Source: Geopsychrobacteraceae bacterium | Lineage (GTDB): Bacteria; Desulfobacterota; Desulfuromonadia; Desulfuromonadales; Geopsychrobacteraceae | DNA length: 64,000 bases | Reading direction: 5' to 3' | NCBI GenBank assembly: GCA_963662315.1 | Contig: OY759353.1 | Coordinates: 2,720,001 to 2,784,000, forward strand | Shown: positions 39,181 through 48,056 of the stretch, one piece after another | Position numbering within the stretch: the first letter of the stretch is position 1 | Layout: every line of letters starts with the position of its first letter | Program-made: the position numbers and the translations under genes | Notes under the pieces: model-generated | The model's database searches: none | What the model was told of the DNA's origin: nothing | Seen by the model: the letters and a program-made list of their open reading frames with translations, nothing else

Positions 39181-40102
39181 GCGTCCCCCCTTTGGGCATC
39201 AGAACCTGATGGGGATCAGCATCGGTAGCAACGCTGGCGAAACGCATGCGGTGCCCTTGGCAGAAGTTCTCGATACGCTGGCGCAGAGCGGCAAAGGTCT
39301 GCTGATATTCGTGACGGATCAGTTGTCGGTCGGTGACAATGGTCAGATCCTTGTGGCCATCGCTCAGCCGAAAATTTCCCCCATGCGGTAAATCTGCTTC
39401 GAGAGGATCGTACAAGAAATAGAGGGAGATTTCTGCCTGCCGGGCCAGCACTGCCAAGTTCTTTTCAACATCAGCATCCCACTGATTGAAATCACTAAGC
39501 AAGTGCACCTGACTGCCCGGTCGCACCACCCGCAGCAGGCGCTGGATGGTCTCAGCCAGTCTCTGACGCGGTTCAAACGGAAGGTGTGGCGGACGCTGCC
39601 AAGCGGAATCGGCCACCATGGCCTGTAACAATCTTAATACTCCACGCTGTCCCCCTTGAGGACGCAGCTCGGTGCGATGTTCCTCAGAAAACAGGAAGCC
39701 GCCGATGCGGTCGCCGCGTGACAGGGCATTCCAGGCCAGAATCGCCGATAGCTGGGCGGCCCGCACAACTTTAAAACAGCCACGGGTGGCAAAAAACATG
39801 GGCCGCCGGAAATCGAGGGCAAACAGGACTGGACGTTCCCGTTCCTCATGAAACAGCTTGGTATGAACTTTCCCCCGCCGTGCCGTCACACGCCAGTCGA
39901 TGGAACGGACATCATCGCCCGGCTGGTAAGCCCGCACTTCGGCAAACTCCATCCCGCGACCACGAAAGCGCGACCGATGCCCGCCACTTAACATGGCCAT
40001 GGCCGGAGCTTTTGGAATCACACCCACCGCCGGAGCAGCCCGTAACGCCATTAATTCACTTAAGCTAATGGCGGCCGGGGATGTTGGTTTTGCTGTTTTC
40101 AC
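39170..40102 (-). CDS. DUF58-family protein
   Basis: GRGMEFAEVRAYQPGDDVRSIDWRVTAR. Confidence 0.93.
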   Translation of the reverse strand: MKTAKPTSPAAISLSELMALRAAPAVGVIPKAPAMAMLSGGHRSRFRGRGMEFAEVRAYQPGDDVRSIDWRVTARRGKVHTKLFHEERERPVLFALDFRRPMFFATRGCFKVVRAAQLSAILAWNALSRGDRIGGFLFSEEHRTELRPQGGQRGVLRLLQAMVADSAWQRPPHLPFEPRQRLAETIQRLLRVVRPGSQVHLLSDFNQWDADVEKNLAVLARQAEISLYFLYDPLEADLPHGGNFRLSDGHKDLTIVTDRQLIRHEYQQTFAALRQRIENFCQGHRMRFASVATDADPHQVLMPKGGTHAR

Positions 40103-40214
40103 GCTTTATCTCTTCTACGCTTACTTCGTTTCGCGATTTCAAATGTGAACATTCAGATCTCAGATTTATGCCCATCCCCTCTCCCTGAGGAGAAGGAATA
40201 TATTCTGCTAAGAC

Positions 40215-41180
40215 TTAAGGAACGGGTATACGTGCCAGCAACTCGCTGATCACCCGCTCGCGGCTGATCCCTTCCGCTTCGGCTTCATAACTGAGCAACA
40301 GGCGATGGCGCAGCACACCGAAAGCCAGCTGCTGAATATCTTCCGGGGTGACATAGTCTCGCCCGGCCAACCAGGCCCGGGAGCGCGCACAGCGGTCAAG
40401 AGCGATGGTCGCGCGTGGGCTGGCGCCGTAGGTCAGCCAGTTGGCCAGTTCGGCCCCCCACTGTTGCGGTTGACGGGTCGCCAGGATCAGCTGTACCAGA
40501 TATTCTTCAAGATTATCGGCCAGATGGATATCCAGTACCTGCTGCCGCGCCTGTTGTAGCTCGCTCCCGCTAATCGCTGCAAAATCAGCCGCCGGGACAG
40601 CATGGGCTGCTTCACCACGCGCCAGCTGCAGAATCTGCTTTTCTACTGCAGCATCAGGGTAATCAACCCGCACATGGAGCAAAAAACGATCAAGCTGGGC
40701 TTCCGGCAACGGGTAGGTTCCCTCCTGCTCAATCGGATTCTGGGTCGCCATAACCAGAAATGGGTCGGCCAGCTGATAACTGGTCTGCCCCACGGTGATC
40801 TGGCGCTCCGCCATCGCCTCGAGCAGGGCCGACTGCACCTTGGCAGGCGCCCGGTTGATTTCATCAGCGAGAATCAGGTTGTGAAATAATGGTCCACGCT
40901 GAAAAACAAAACTGTTATCCTGCGGGCGGAAAATTTCCGTCCCGGTCAGGTCTGCAGGTAGCAGGTCGGGGGTAAACTGGACACGGTGAAAACTCCCCTC
41001 TAAAAAGGCACCAAGCTGGCGGATCGCTCTGGTCTTGGCCAGACCGGGAGCTCCTTCGACCAGCAGATGACCATCCGCTAAAAGAGCAATAAGTAAGCTT
41101 TCGATCAATTGTGGCTGACCGATAATCTGCTGCTCCAAATGAGCGGCCAGAGCGGCAAAGCGCTGTTGTACAGAATCCAT
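40215..41180 (-). CDS. moxR: MoxR-family AAA+ ATPase
   Basis: GAPGLAKT, QFTPDLLPAD, DEINRAPAKVQSALL, PLPEAQLDRF. Confidence 0.95.
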   Translation of the reverse strand: MDSVQQRFAALAAHLEQQIIGQPQLIESLLIALLADGHLLVEGAPGLAKTRAIRQLGAFLEGSFHRVQFTPDLLPADLTGTEIFRPQDNSFVFQRGPLFHNLILADEINRAPAKVQSALLEAMAERQITVGQTSYQLADPFLVMATQNPIEQEGTYPLPEAQLDRFLLHVRVDYPDAAVEKQILQLARGEAAHAVPAADFAAISGSELQQARQQVLDIHLADNLEEYLVQLILATRQPQQWGAELANWLTYGASPRATIALDRCARSRAWLAGRDYVTPEDIQQLAFGVLRHRLLLSYEAEAEGISRERVISELLARIPVP

Positions 41181-41273
41181 ATTTCAATTGTCCCTTTATA
41201 ATAATTATCCGGTTAACTCCAGTGCTGCTACTCGTCGGGTCTAGGCCCGGCCCTTCCCGCTCAACGTCAAACG

Positions 41274-41302
41274 ACCGGGACGGTGTCAACCTCCGTCCCG
41301 GT
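41274..41302. repeat. Intergenic inverted repeat
   Basis: ACCGGGACGG-N9-CCGTCCCGGT; a second weaker hairpin at 41234-41251. Confidence 0.7.
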
Positions 41303-41365
41303 ACTCTTTATTAAATCCGGCTGTCTGCCCTTCAAACAGCCGGAAAACAGGCCGTATGGAGGGTG

Positions 41366-42316
41366 TCAATTCGTGTCTTTGGCAGAAGGGGCAGCCTGTG
41401 ATTTTTCATTCGGCACCTGGTGCGTTATCAGATCAGCCCGTTTCAGACTGTTGATTTCGTTCCATAGCGCCTGATCGACTTCATATACCTGGCTGGAACC
41501 TTCTGTCCGCAGCAGAGCATAATCATCTTTTTCCGACTTGGCAAACGTATAGCTGATAGTTTTTCCCGTTGTCAGGGTCAACGTCACCGGTATGGTCACC
41601 GCATTCTCAGTAGGGAACCCATCGTGCAGATCCCGTATCTGCAGTCTGGCAATGGTCTGAACCAGCTTTTCAACCGGCTTAACAGCCGTCTGCTCACCAT
41701 CCTGCAGACCTTCCAGCTGCATTCCGTCGGCTTTTTTTACCACCAGCAACTGCGGCAGTTCGATCGCCTCAACCGTAGCCGGATCGACCTGGAAATGCTT
41801 TTTATCGAGCCAATCAGTAATTTTCAAACTAGCTTCGTAACTGCTGAAAGGTACATCGAAAATTTCATCCTCCCCGGCCAACCGAGCATGCACTTTACGG
41901 AATCCGGGGGACGAGCCAACCAGCAGGGTTGCCAGGTCCTTGTCCACGACACGTAGGATGACCTTGCGCTCAAAGTCATCATCCGCAACTTTGAAACGCT
42001 TATAGGTATCAGCACTTTTTGCCACCGGCCAGGGTCGCTTGATAGCGGTCAATCTGGACAGCAAAGCACTGACCTTCCCGCCATCGACCGGAACCCCGGC
42101 ATGGCCGTCAATACCCCAATCTGAACCCGTTTTTTTCAACAACAGCGTCTGATCAGCGCTGCTGATCTGCAGCTCGGTCACTTGCTGGGGGTCGAGCGCC
42201 AGCAGATGTTCGGTCTGACTACCCGCTAGCGGGGTCTGCCCGGAATAATAGATTGCAGCTCCCAGCCCTAACTGAACAACCAGGAGCACCGTTAATGTCA
42301 TTAATATCCGCTTCAT
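41366..42316 (-). CDS. DUF4340-family protein
   Basis: N-terminal anchor, FERK, LVGSSPGFRKVHAR, WLDK; follows the GldG-like gene. Confidence 0.8.
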   Translation of the reverse strand: MKRILMTLTVLLVVQLGLGAAIYYSGQTPLAGSQTEHLLALDPQQVTELQISSADQTLLLKKTGSDWGIDGHAGVPVDGGKVSALLSRLTAIKRPWPVAKSADTYKRFKVADDDFERKVILRVVDKDLATLLVGSSPGFRKVHARLAGEDEIFDVPFSSYEASLKITDWLDKKHFQVDPATVEAIELPQLLVVKKADGMQLEGLQDGEQTAVKPVEKLVQTIARLQIRDLHDGFPTENAVTIPVTLTLTTGKTISYTFAKSEKDDYALLRTEGSSQVYEVDQALWNEINSLKRADLITHQVPNEKSQAAPSAKDTN

Positions 42317-42319
42317 GAC

Positions 42320-45229
42320 TTAAGCCCTCCCTTCCAGAAGTTTCTGGTAATAGCGCCGGGTTCGTCTTTGCAGTAGCCGCTGCACAACATAAACCAGGGC
42401 CAGTCCAACCAGCGCCAACCCGTAGTTGAGATATTCCAGAGTCATGCGACTGCTCATGTCAAGGGGAATAAGGGTACGGGCGTAATGGCCGCGCCCCCGA
42501 ATACTGAGCAAACCCTGATCCTCCGTCACCCAGTCGAGACTGTTATTCAGCAGCTGCAATCCACCCAGGTCCTCGTTTCCTGAAACACTGGAGGCGAGCT
42601 GCAGAGTCTGATCACTGAGAAAATCAGCAGAGGAGAACAGTACAATTCGCGCCGATTCAGCGGACTTGTCAATGACCGAAACCGCCTGCTGGACAGGCTT
42701 GTTCTCAGCCTCCTTGTTCGCTTTGTCGTTCTGGTCTTGTGTTTTGTCTTCCTGCTTCAACAGCGGCGACTGCTTGCCGGAAAAGTAGGAATCAAAGCGC
42801 CCCTGGACGGCAACACCAAGCAGCTCAGCTTTACGTTCGCTGGCCGGGGTAAAACCCTGCTCACCATCGGCCGTCACCTTGGGCAGCAGGTTCAGATCTG
42901 TAGAGGTCCAGGATTGATCTGAACTTTTCAGTAGCCAGTAAACCTGATGATCTTTACTGACACTTTCAGCAACCTGAATCGGAGCGGCCCAGTTGAACAT
43001 CAGGTGCGTCAACCCGGCCGTCACCGGTACTTTGTCATTCAGCCCGTCGCCACGCAGATCGATAAAATAGGGATACGGGATCATACGCAATTCCTGAACC
43101 GTGAAGCCGCCGACATTGCGATTGACCGGAATCGGGAACGGTTGGTTACGTTCGTCCAGCACCAGTTGCGTATCCATGATCAGCCCGTTATGTTTCAACC
43201 AGTCGAGCACTTTGGACTCCTGCTTGGTGGCACTTAAATTGGTCCTTGTCAGGCTGACCTTGAACGGGGATGTGGCGATCAAAACTGTCCCCCCCTTCAT
43301 CAGGAACTGGTCGATGGCAAAAAGCCCTTTATCGTCGAGATTCTCCGGACCGGCGACGACCAGCACATCGGTATCTTCCGGTACTACCCCTGCACTCAGA
43401 TCCGCATTGCGCACGTTGTAATTCTGAGCCAGCTGTTTACTCAGGATATTAAACTGCTTGCTGTCCTGCCCCATGCCGTACTGCGCCATGTAAGGATTAG
43501 GTGGCGGCGGAACGGCCAGGGCGACTGTTTTCAGATAACCGGCCGAGAAGCGCTTGAGAGCCGCGTCGATGTTGCGTTTAAGAGATTCCTTGGTGAACTC
43601 TTCCGGCAGTTGCACCGGTACGGTCTGCTGCCCGTCGTCAAGGGTCAGGTAGAAGTAGAAACGCTGGGGATCAAGCAGGCCCGCCTGCATCGGCCGGAAC
43701 CCATATTTCTGCTCCAGCTCCTGCGCCAGCTTCCCATGGTCTGCCTGGGGATCGAGAATCTGCAGGTTCAATTTGCCACCTGAAGTTGTTTCCAGCTCCT
43801 GAGCGAGGCTTTGCAGCTGCTGCTTGAACTCCTGAAGAAATTTCGGCAGCTGATTGTCCGCGGAAATATAGCCATGCAAGGTTAACGGCTCATCCAATCC
43901 GGCGAGCAGATCGCCGCCGCCCGTAAAACTGTTCATCACCCGTTTAATGCTGCGGGTCAATTGGTATTCCGGGTTATTCAGCTCGACATCGATACTGTGT
44001 TCACCCTGCTGCTTGATCTCGATCAGATCCCTGAAATTCAGCACCTGATACTCGTCGCCATACTGAATCAGGATCTGGAAGTAAGAATTGACCAAAGCCG
44101 ACTGATAGCGATCAGCCACCTGGAAAGGAACCGGTTTAATACCGTACTTTTCATTGGCTTCCGCTTCGAGATCGGGATGCTGCTGTGGATCGATAAACTC
44201 CGCCTTGACATTGCCGTGTCCGGCAAGCTGATACTCACTGATCAGGTCACGCAAGCGTGGTACCAGCGGCGCAAGCAACGGATGGGTCTTGGCGCTGAAA
44301 TAGCCACGGATCAATAATGGCTCGCGCAACTGAGCCAGATACTGACGGGTCGCCGGAGAGATGGAGTAGATGCTCCCTTCGGTCAAATCAACCCGGGCCG
44401 CTCCAACCTGCTGCAACCACAGATGACCGGCCAGCAGATTGGCAATCAGCAGCAGGGTCAGGGCACCATGCAGGCGGTGATGGCTACGCCTGGACTCGGC
44501 ATTGGTATCCCAGCGCAAACGTTTCAGGCTGAACAGGGTCAGAGCAAAAAAGACGCCGACCAGACTCAGGTAATAATAGAGATCACGGGCATCGATGACA
44601 CCGCGGGTGATGGATTCAAAGCGCGAACCACTTCCCAGCAGTTTAAGCAGTTCGGCACCACGGTTACCGAAAAAGCCGGTGAGCAGATCACTGCCCAACA
44701 GGTAAAACAGACCACAAACGAGAACGGTACCAATCAGGCTGACAATCTGATTATCACTACGGGCACTTAAAAACAGGCCAATGGAGATATAAGCTGCGCC
44801 TAAAAACAGGGCCGCCAGATACCCACCCCACACCGGACCCCAGTCAAGCGGCCCGATAATGGACACGGTCACTGGTAACGGTAGAGTCAGCACCAGGGCC
44901 AGAGCCACCAGAGCCAGCGCGGCCAGGAATTTGCCCAGCAGATATTCAACCGGTTTGACCGGCAAGGTCAGCAGATACTCAAGGGTCCCCATGCGCCGCT
45001 CTTCGCTCCACATGCGCATGGTCAAAGCCGCCACCAGAAAGATCAGCAGCAGCGGCATCCATTCAAACAAGGGCCTGACATCGGCTATATTGCGAGCAAA
45101 AAAAGCTTCTGCCCAAAAAAAGACAAACAGACTTAGAACTAAAAAGGTACCAAGAAAAATATAAGCGACCGGTGATGCGAAGAAACCAGCCAATTCTTTG
45201 CGGGCAACCCGCAGGGTATTACGCAGCAT
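42320..45229 (-). CDS. GldF-GldG-like fused ABC permease / periplasmic domain
   Basis: RKEL..FF.SP.AY, WSEERRMGTLE, DLTEGSIYSIS, IDQFLMKGG, LLSIRGR. Confidence 0.88.
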   Translation of the reverse strand: MLRNTLRVARKELAGFFASPVAYIFLGTFLVLSLFVFFWAEAFFARNIADVRPLFEWMPLLLIFLVAALTMRMWSEERRMGTLEYLLTLPVKPVEYLLGKFLAALALVALALVLTLPLPVTVSIIGPLDWGPVWGGYLAALFLGAAYISIGLFLSARSDNQIVSLIGTVLVCGLFYLLGSDLLTGFFGNRGAELLKLLGSGSRFESITRGVIDARDLYYYLSLVGVFFALTLFSLKRLRWDTNAESRRSHHRLHGALTLLLIANLLAGHLWLQQVGAARVDLTEGSIYSISPATRQYLAQLREPLLIRGYFSAKTHPLLAPLVPRLRDLISEYQLAGHGNVKAEFIDPQQHPDLEAEANEKYGIKPVPFQVADRYQSALVNSYFQILIQYGDEYQVLNFRDLIEIKQQGEHSIDVELNNPEYQLTRSIKRVMNSFTGGGDLLAGLDEPLTLHGYISADNQLPKFLQEFKQQLQSLAQELETTSGGKLNLQILDPQADHGKLAQELEQKYGFRPMQAGLLDPQRFYFYLTLDDGQQTVPVQLPEEFTKESLKRNIDAALKRFSAGYLKTVALAVPPPPNPYMAQYGMGQDSKQFNILSKQLAQNYNVRNADLSAGVVPEDTDVLVVAGPENLDDKGLFAIDQFLMKGGTVLIATSPFKVSLTRTNLSATKQESKVLDWLKHNGLIMDTQLVLDERNQPFPIPVNRNVGGFTVQELRMIPYPYFIDLRGDGLNDKVPVTAGLTHLMFNWAAPIQVAESVSKDHQVYWLLKSSDQSWTSTDLNLLPKVTADGEQGFTPASERKAELLGVAVQGRFDSYFSGKQSPLLKQEDKTQDQNDKANKEAENKPVQQAVSVIDKSAESARIVLFSSADFLSDQTLQLASSVSGNEDLGGLQLLNNSLDWVTEDQGLLSIRGRGHYARTLIPLDMSSRMTLEYLNYGLALVGLALVYVVQRLLQRRTRRYYQKLLEGRA

Positions 45230-46166
45230 CAGCGACCTCCTCTACCGATTCGGAAATCTCCTGAAATATTTTCTCGAGGGTCCGTTCTTCACGACGCAAC
45301 TCGTAGAGCTGCCATCCTTGCTCCACGACTGCTGCCGCGATTGCCGGAGCGATATCTGTGCTATTCTCATGAGCTGAGATGCGGTAGCGCGCCAGCCCGT
45401 TACCGGTTTCCACCACGTCCACCGCAGCGACCTGATCAAGGCTGACAAGCTGACGACTGACACTATCCACCGCACCGCTGCATTTGAGCAGCAACTCCCG
45501 CCCCCGGGTCAACTCCTCCAGGTTGGCATCTAGAGCCAGGCGCCCTTTACGCAAAATCAGCACCCGGTCACAGACGGCTTCGACTTCCTGGAGAATATGG
45601 GTTGATATAATCACCGTAGAGCGTTGGCCCAGTTCAGCAATCAGCTGGCGCATATGACCGATCTGGGCCGGATCAAGGCCATTGGTCGGTTCGTCAAGAA
45701 TGATAATTTCAGGATTATTCAGCAGCGCCTGGGCGACTCCGACCCGCTGCCGATAACCGCGCGACAGGGTCGAGATGGCTGCCGTCGCCTTCCCTTCAAG
45801 CTCGGTCTGGCCAATCACCTGCAACAGGGCCTGATCCAGGGACTGGCCGGACAAGCCGCGTAATGATGCGGCATAGGCGAGAAAATCGATAACTCTCATA
45901 TCGGGATAAACCGGACAATTTTCCGGCAGGTAACCGATCCGCTCCTGAGCCTTTAACGGATCAGGATTCCACAAGTTTTCGCCAGCGATTTGAATGTTTC
46001 CCTTGCTCGGCTCAAGATAGCCGGTCAGCATTTTCATGATGGTCGATTTGCCGGCCCCGTTATGGCCAAGCAGACCGACAATTTCACCCCGTTCGATAGA
46101 AAATGAGACATCGTCAACGGCCAGAAAATCGCCATACTGACGACTGATATGTTGCACTTCAATCAT
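45219..46166 (-). CDS. ABC ATPase (GldA-like)
   Basis: GHNGAGKST, LSRGYRQRVG, LDEPTNGLDP. Confidence 0.92.
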   Translation of the reverse strand: MIEVQHISRQYGDFLAVDDVSFSIERGEIVGLLGHNGAGKSTIMKMLTGYLEPSKGNIQIAGENLWNPDPLKAQERIGYLPENCPVYPDMRVIDFLAYAASLRGLSGQSLDQALLQVIGQTELEGKATAAISTLSRGYRQRVGVAQALLNNPEIIILDEPTNGLDPAQIGHMRQLIAELGQRSTVIISTHILQEVEAVCDRVLILRKGRLALDANLEELTRGRELLLKCSGAVDSVSRQLVSLDQVAAVDVVETGNGLARYRISAHENSTDIAPAIAAAVVEQGWQLYELRREERTLEKIFQEISESVEEVADAA

Positions 46167-46318
46167 GTGTCTACCTCTTTCCTGGTTCTAAATCATTTAC
46201 AGATCTGGAAACGGCCTGGTATTCAGTTCTGAACAAGCCCTAACTCTCTCTTGTCAGGACGTGGAATATCCGGCTGCAGAAACGCGATATATTTTTGTGA
46301 ATATCTGTTTGGAGCTGA

Positions 46319-46657
46319 TTAGAAATGGTACAAAGGTGGAGGTCTGATAAAATGAGAAAAACTAAGATGAGACATAACGACAAGAAAACTGAATAGTACG
46401 AATATGGTCAGCAGAGGAACTGCTGCAGTGGAAACCCCTCTTGGCGAGGGGGAAGAAAAATCAACAGGATAAAATGACGACCCAGAATCAAACGCATTAT
46501 CAACTTCAACCAGTGCAGACAATTCTGAACTGTCACTGGCAAACCAATGCTCCGCACTGCCAGGCAATCCTGACAGCAACAGGAAGCAGGTGAAGACAGC
46601 GAGAAGTAAAAGATGATTTAAGGTCATTCGTCTAAGCATAAGCCTGATCTTCTGCAC
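46319..46657 (-). CDS. Small exported/membrane protein ending in RPPP, candidate arrest-peptide leader
   Basis: Hydrophobic N-terminus HLLLLAVFTCFLLLSG; C-terminus HFIRPPPLYHF; start uncertain (46657, 46639 or 46627). Confidence 0.55.
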   Translation of the reverse strand: MQKIRLMLRRMTLNHLLLLAVFTCFLLLSGLPGSAEHWFASDSSELSALVEVDNAFDSGSSFYPVDFSSPSPRGVSTAAVPLLTIFVLFSFLVVMSHLSFSHFIRPPPLYHF

Positions 46658-46775
46658 ACTAGATTCTGTTGATACGTTTGGAGGATATATAATTAAAACG
46701 CTTCAGTAAATGAGACTTTGCACGAATATTAACTGTAGATTTGCACACTTAAATAAAAAAAGAGGGGAATTAATT

Positions 46776-47756
46776 ATGCGTCTGAAAGCAGCCATCAGAA
46801 TCATCACAATATCCGTGATCTTTGCTATGCTCAACCAGCAACCGTTGCTAGCCGCCGATCGCGCTGCCTTTTCAACCTGGCTTGATGAGTTCAAGGCAGA
46901 AGCCAGTGGTCAGGGCATATCTCAAGAGGTTCTCCAGCAGGCCTTTAATGATGTTGCCCTGCTCCCCCGCGTTATCGAACTTGATCGCAAACAGCCTGAA
47001 CTGACCCAGACACTGACGGAATATCTGCAGGCCAGGGTCACACCCAAACGCATTGACGGAGGTCGGCACATGTTGAAACGCTACCCAACCTGGCTTCGTC
47101 GTACAGAAAATAAATACCAGGTTCCGCGTCAATACATCGTGGCGCTATGGGGCATAGAAACCAACTACGGTCGCCACATCGGCAGCTTCCCGGTCATTTC
47201 ATCGTTAACCACCCTCGCCTACGATGGGCGGCGTAGCGCCTACTTTCGCAAGGAGCTGCACCATGTCCTGTGGCTGCTGGAACAAAAGCGCATCAGAGTT
47301 GACCTGTTGCATGGGTCCTGGGCCGGGGCCATGGGTCAGTGCCAGTTTATGCCCTCAGCTTTCCGCAGCTTTGCTGTCAACGCCGATGGCGGCTTTACCG
47401 ATATCTGGAGTTCCGTTCCCGATGTTTTTGCCTCGGCCGCCAATTACCTGCACCAATCCGGCTGGCAAGCGGCCCAACCCTGGGGGCAAAAAGTTAAACT
47501 GCCGAAGAATTTCAATACCGCACTGGCGGGACTTGACCAGTCGCTGCCCCTTTCCCGCTGGCGCGAGCTTGGCGTAAAACCTGCGGGGCATGGGGTATTT
47601 CCCGTCAACCAACAGCAGGCCTCATTACTGATCGATCCTGCCGGTGGCCCTGACTACCTGGTTTATGCCAATTTCCATGTACTGCTGGAATGGAACCGGT
47701 CAACGGCATTTGCCATCGCCGTCGGCACATTGGCTGACAGTTTGACAGGCCACTGA
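46776..47756 (+). CDS. Lytic murein transglycosylase (MltB/SltB family)
   Basis: ALWGIETNYG, GSWAGAMGQCQFMPS, WNRS. Confidence 0.93.
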   Translation: MRLKAAIRIITISVIFAMLNQQPLLAADRAAFSTWLDEFKAEASGQGISQEVLQQAFNDVALLPRVIELDRKQPELTQTLTEYLQARVTPKRIDGGRHMLKRYPTWLRRTENKYQVPRQYIVALWGIETNYGRHIGSFPVISSLTTLAYDGRRSAYFRKELHHVLWLLEQKRIRVDLLHGSWAGAMGQCQFMPSAFRSFAVNADGGFTDIWSSVPDVFASAANYLHQSGWQAAQPWGQKVKLPKNFNTALAGLDQSLPLSRWRELGVKPAGHGVFPVNQQQASLLIDPAGGPDYLVYANFHVLLEWNRSTAFAIAVGTLADSLTGH

Positions 47757-48056
47757 TATTGCTTCTAACCATACGGCAACAAACTATTTCCGTTGCAGTA
47801 TGATCTGCTCCGAAAAAATATTCATCTCCAGCCTCAAAAGCTGCTCCCTTACATAATCATATTCACACTCTAACAGAGTAGAAACATAGAAAACTAATTA
47901 TCTTCTCCTACCGTACAAAGCTGGTGAAGTGTCCCCCGTGTCCAGATCTGCTCTGGGCACGCTACAATTCAACTCACTTCAATTCAGCCAGAATGTCCGG
48001 TTCTTGTGTTTATCGATGATAAACAGTTCTCATTCAATTACGTTTAGGAGCTAAGG

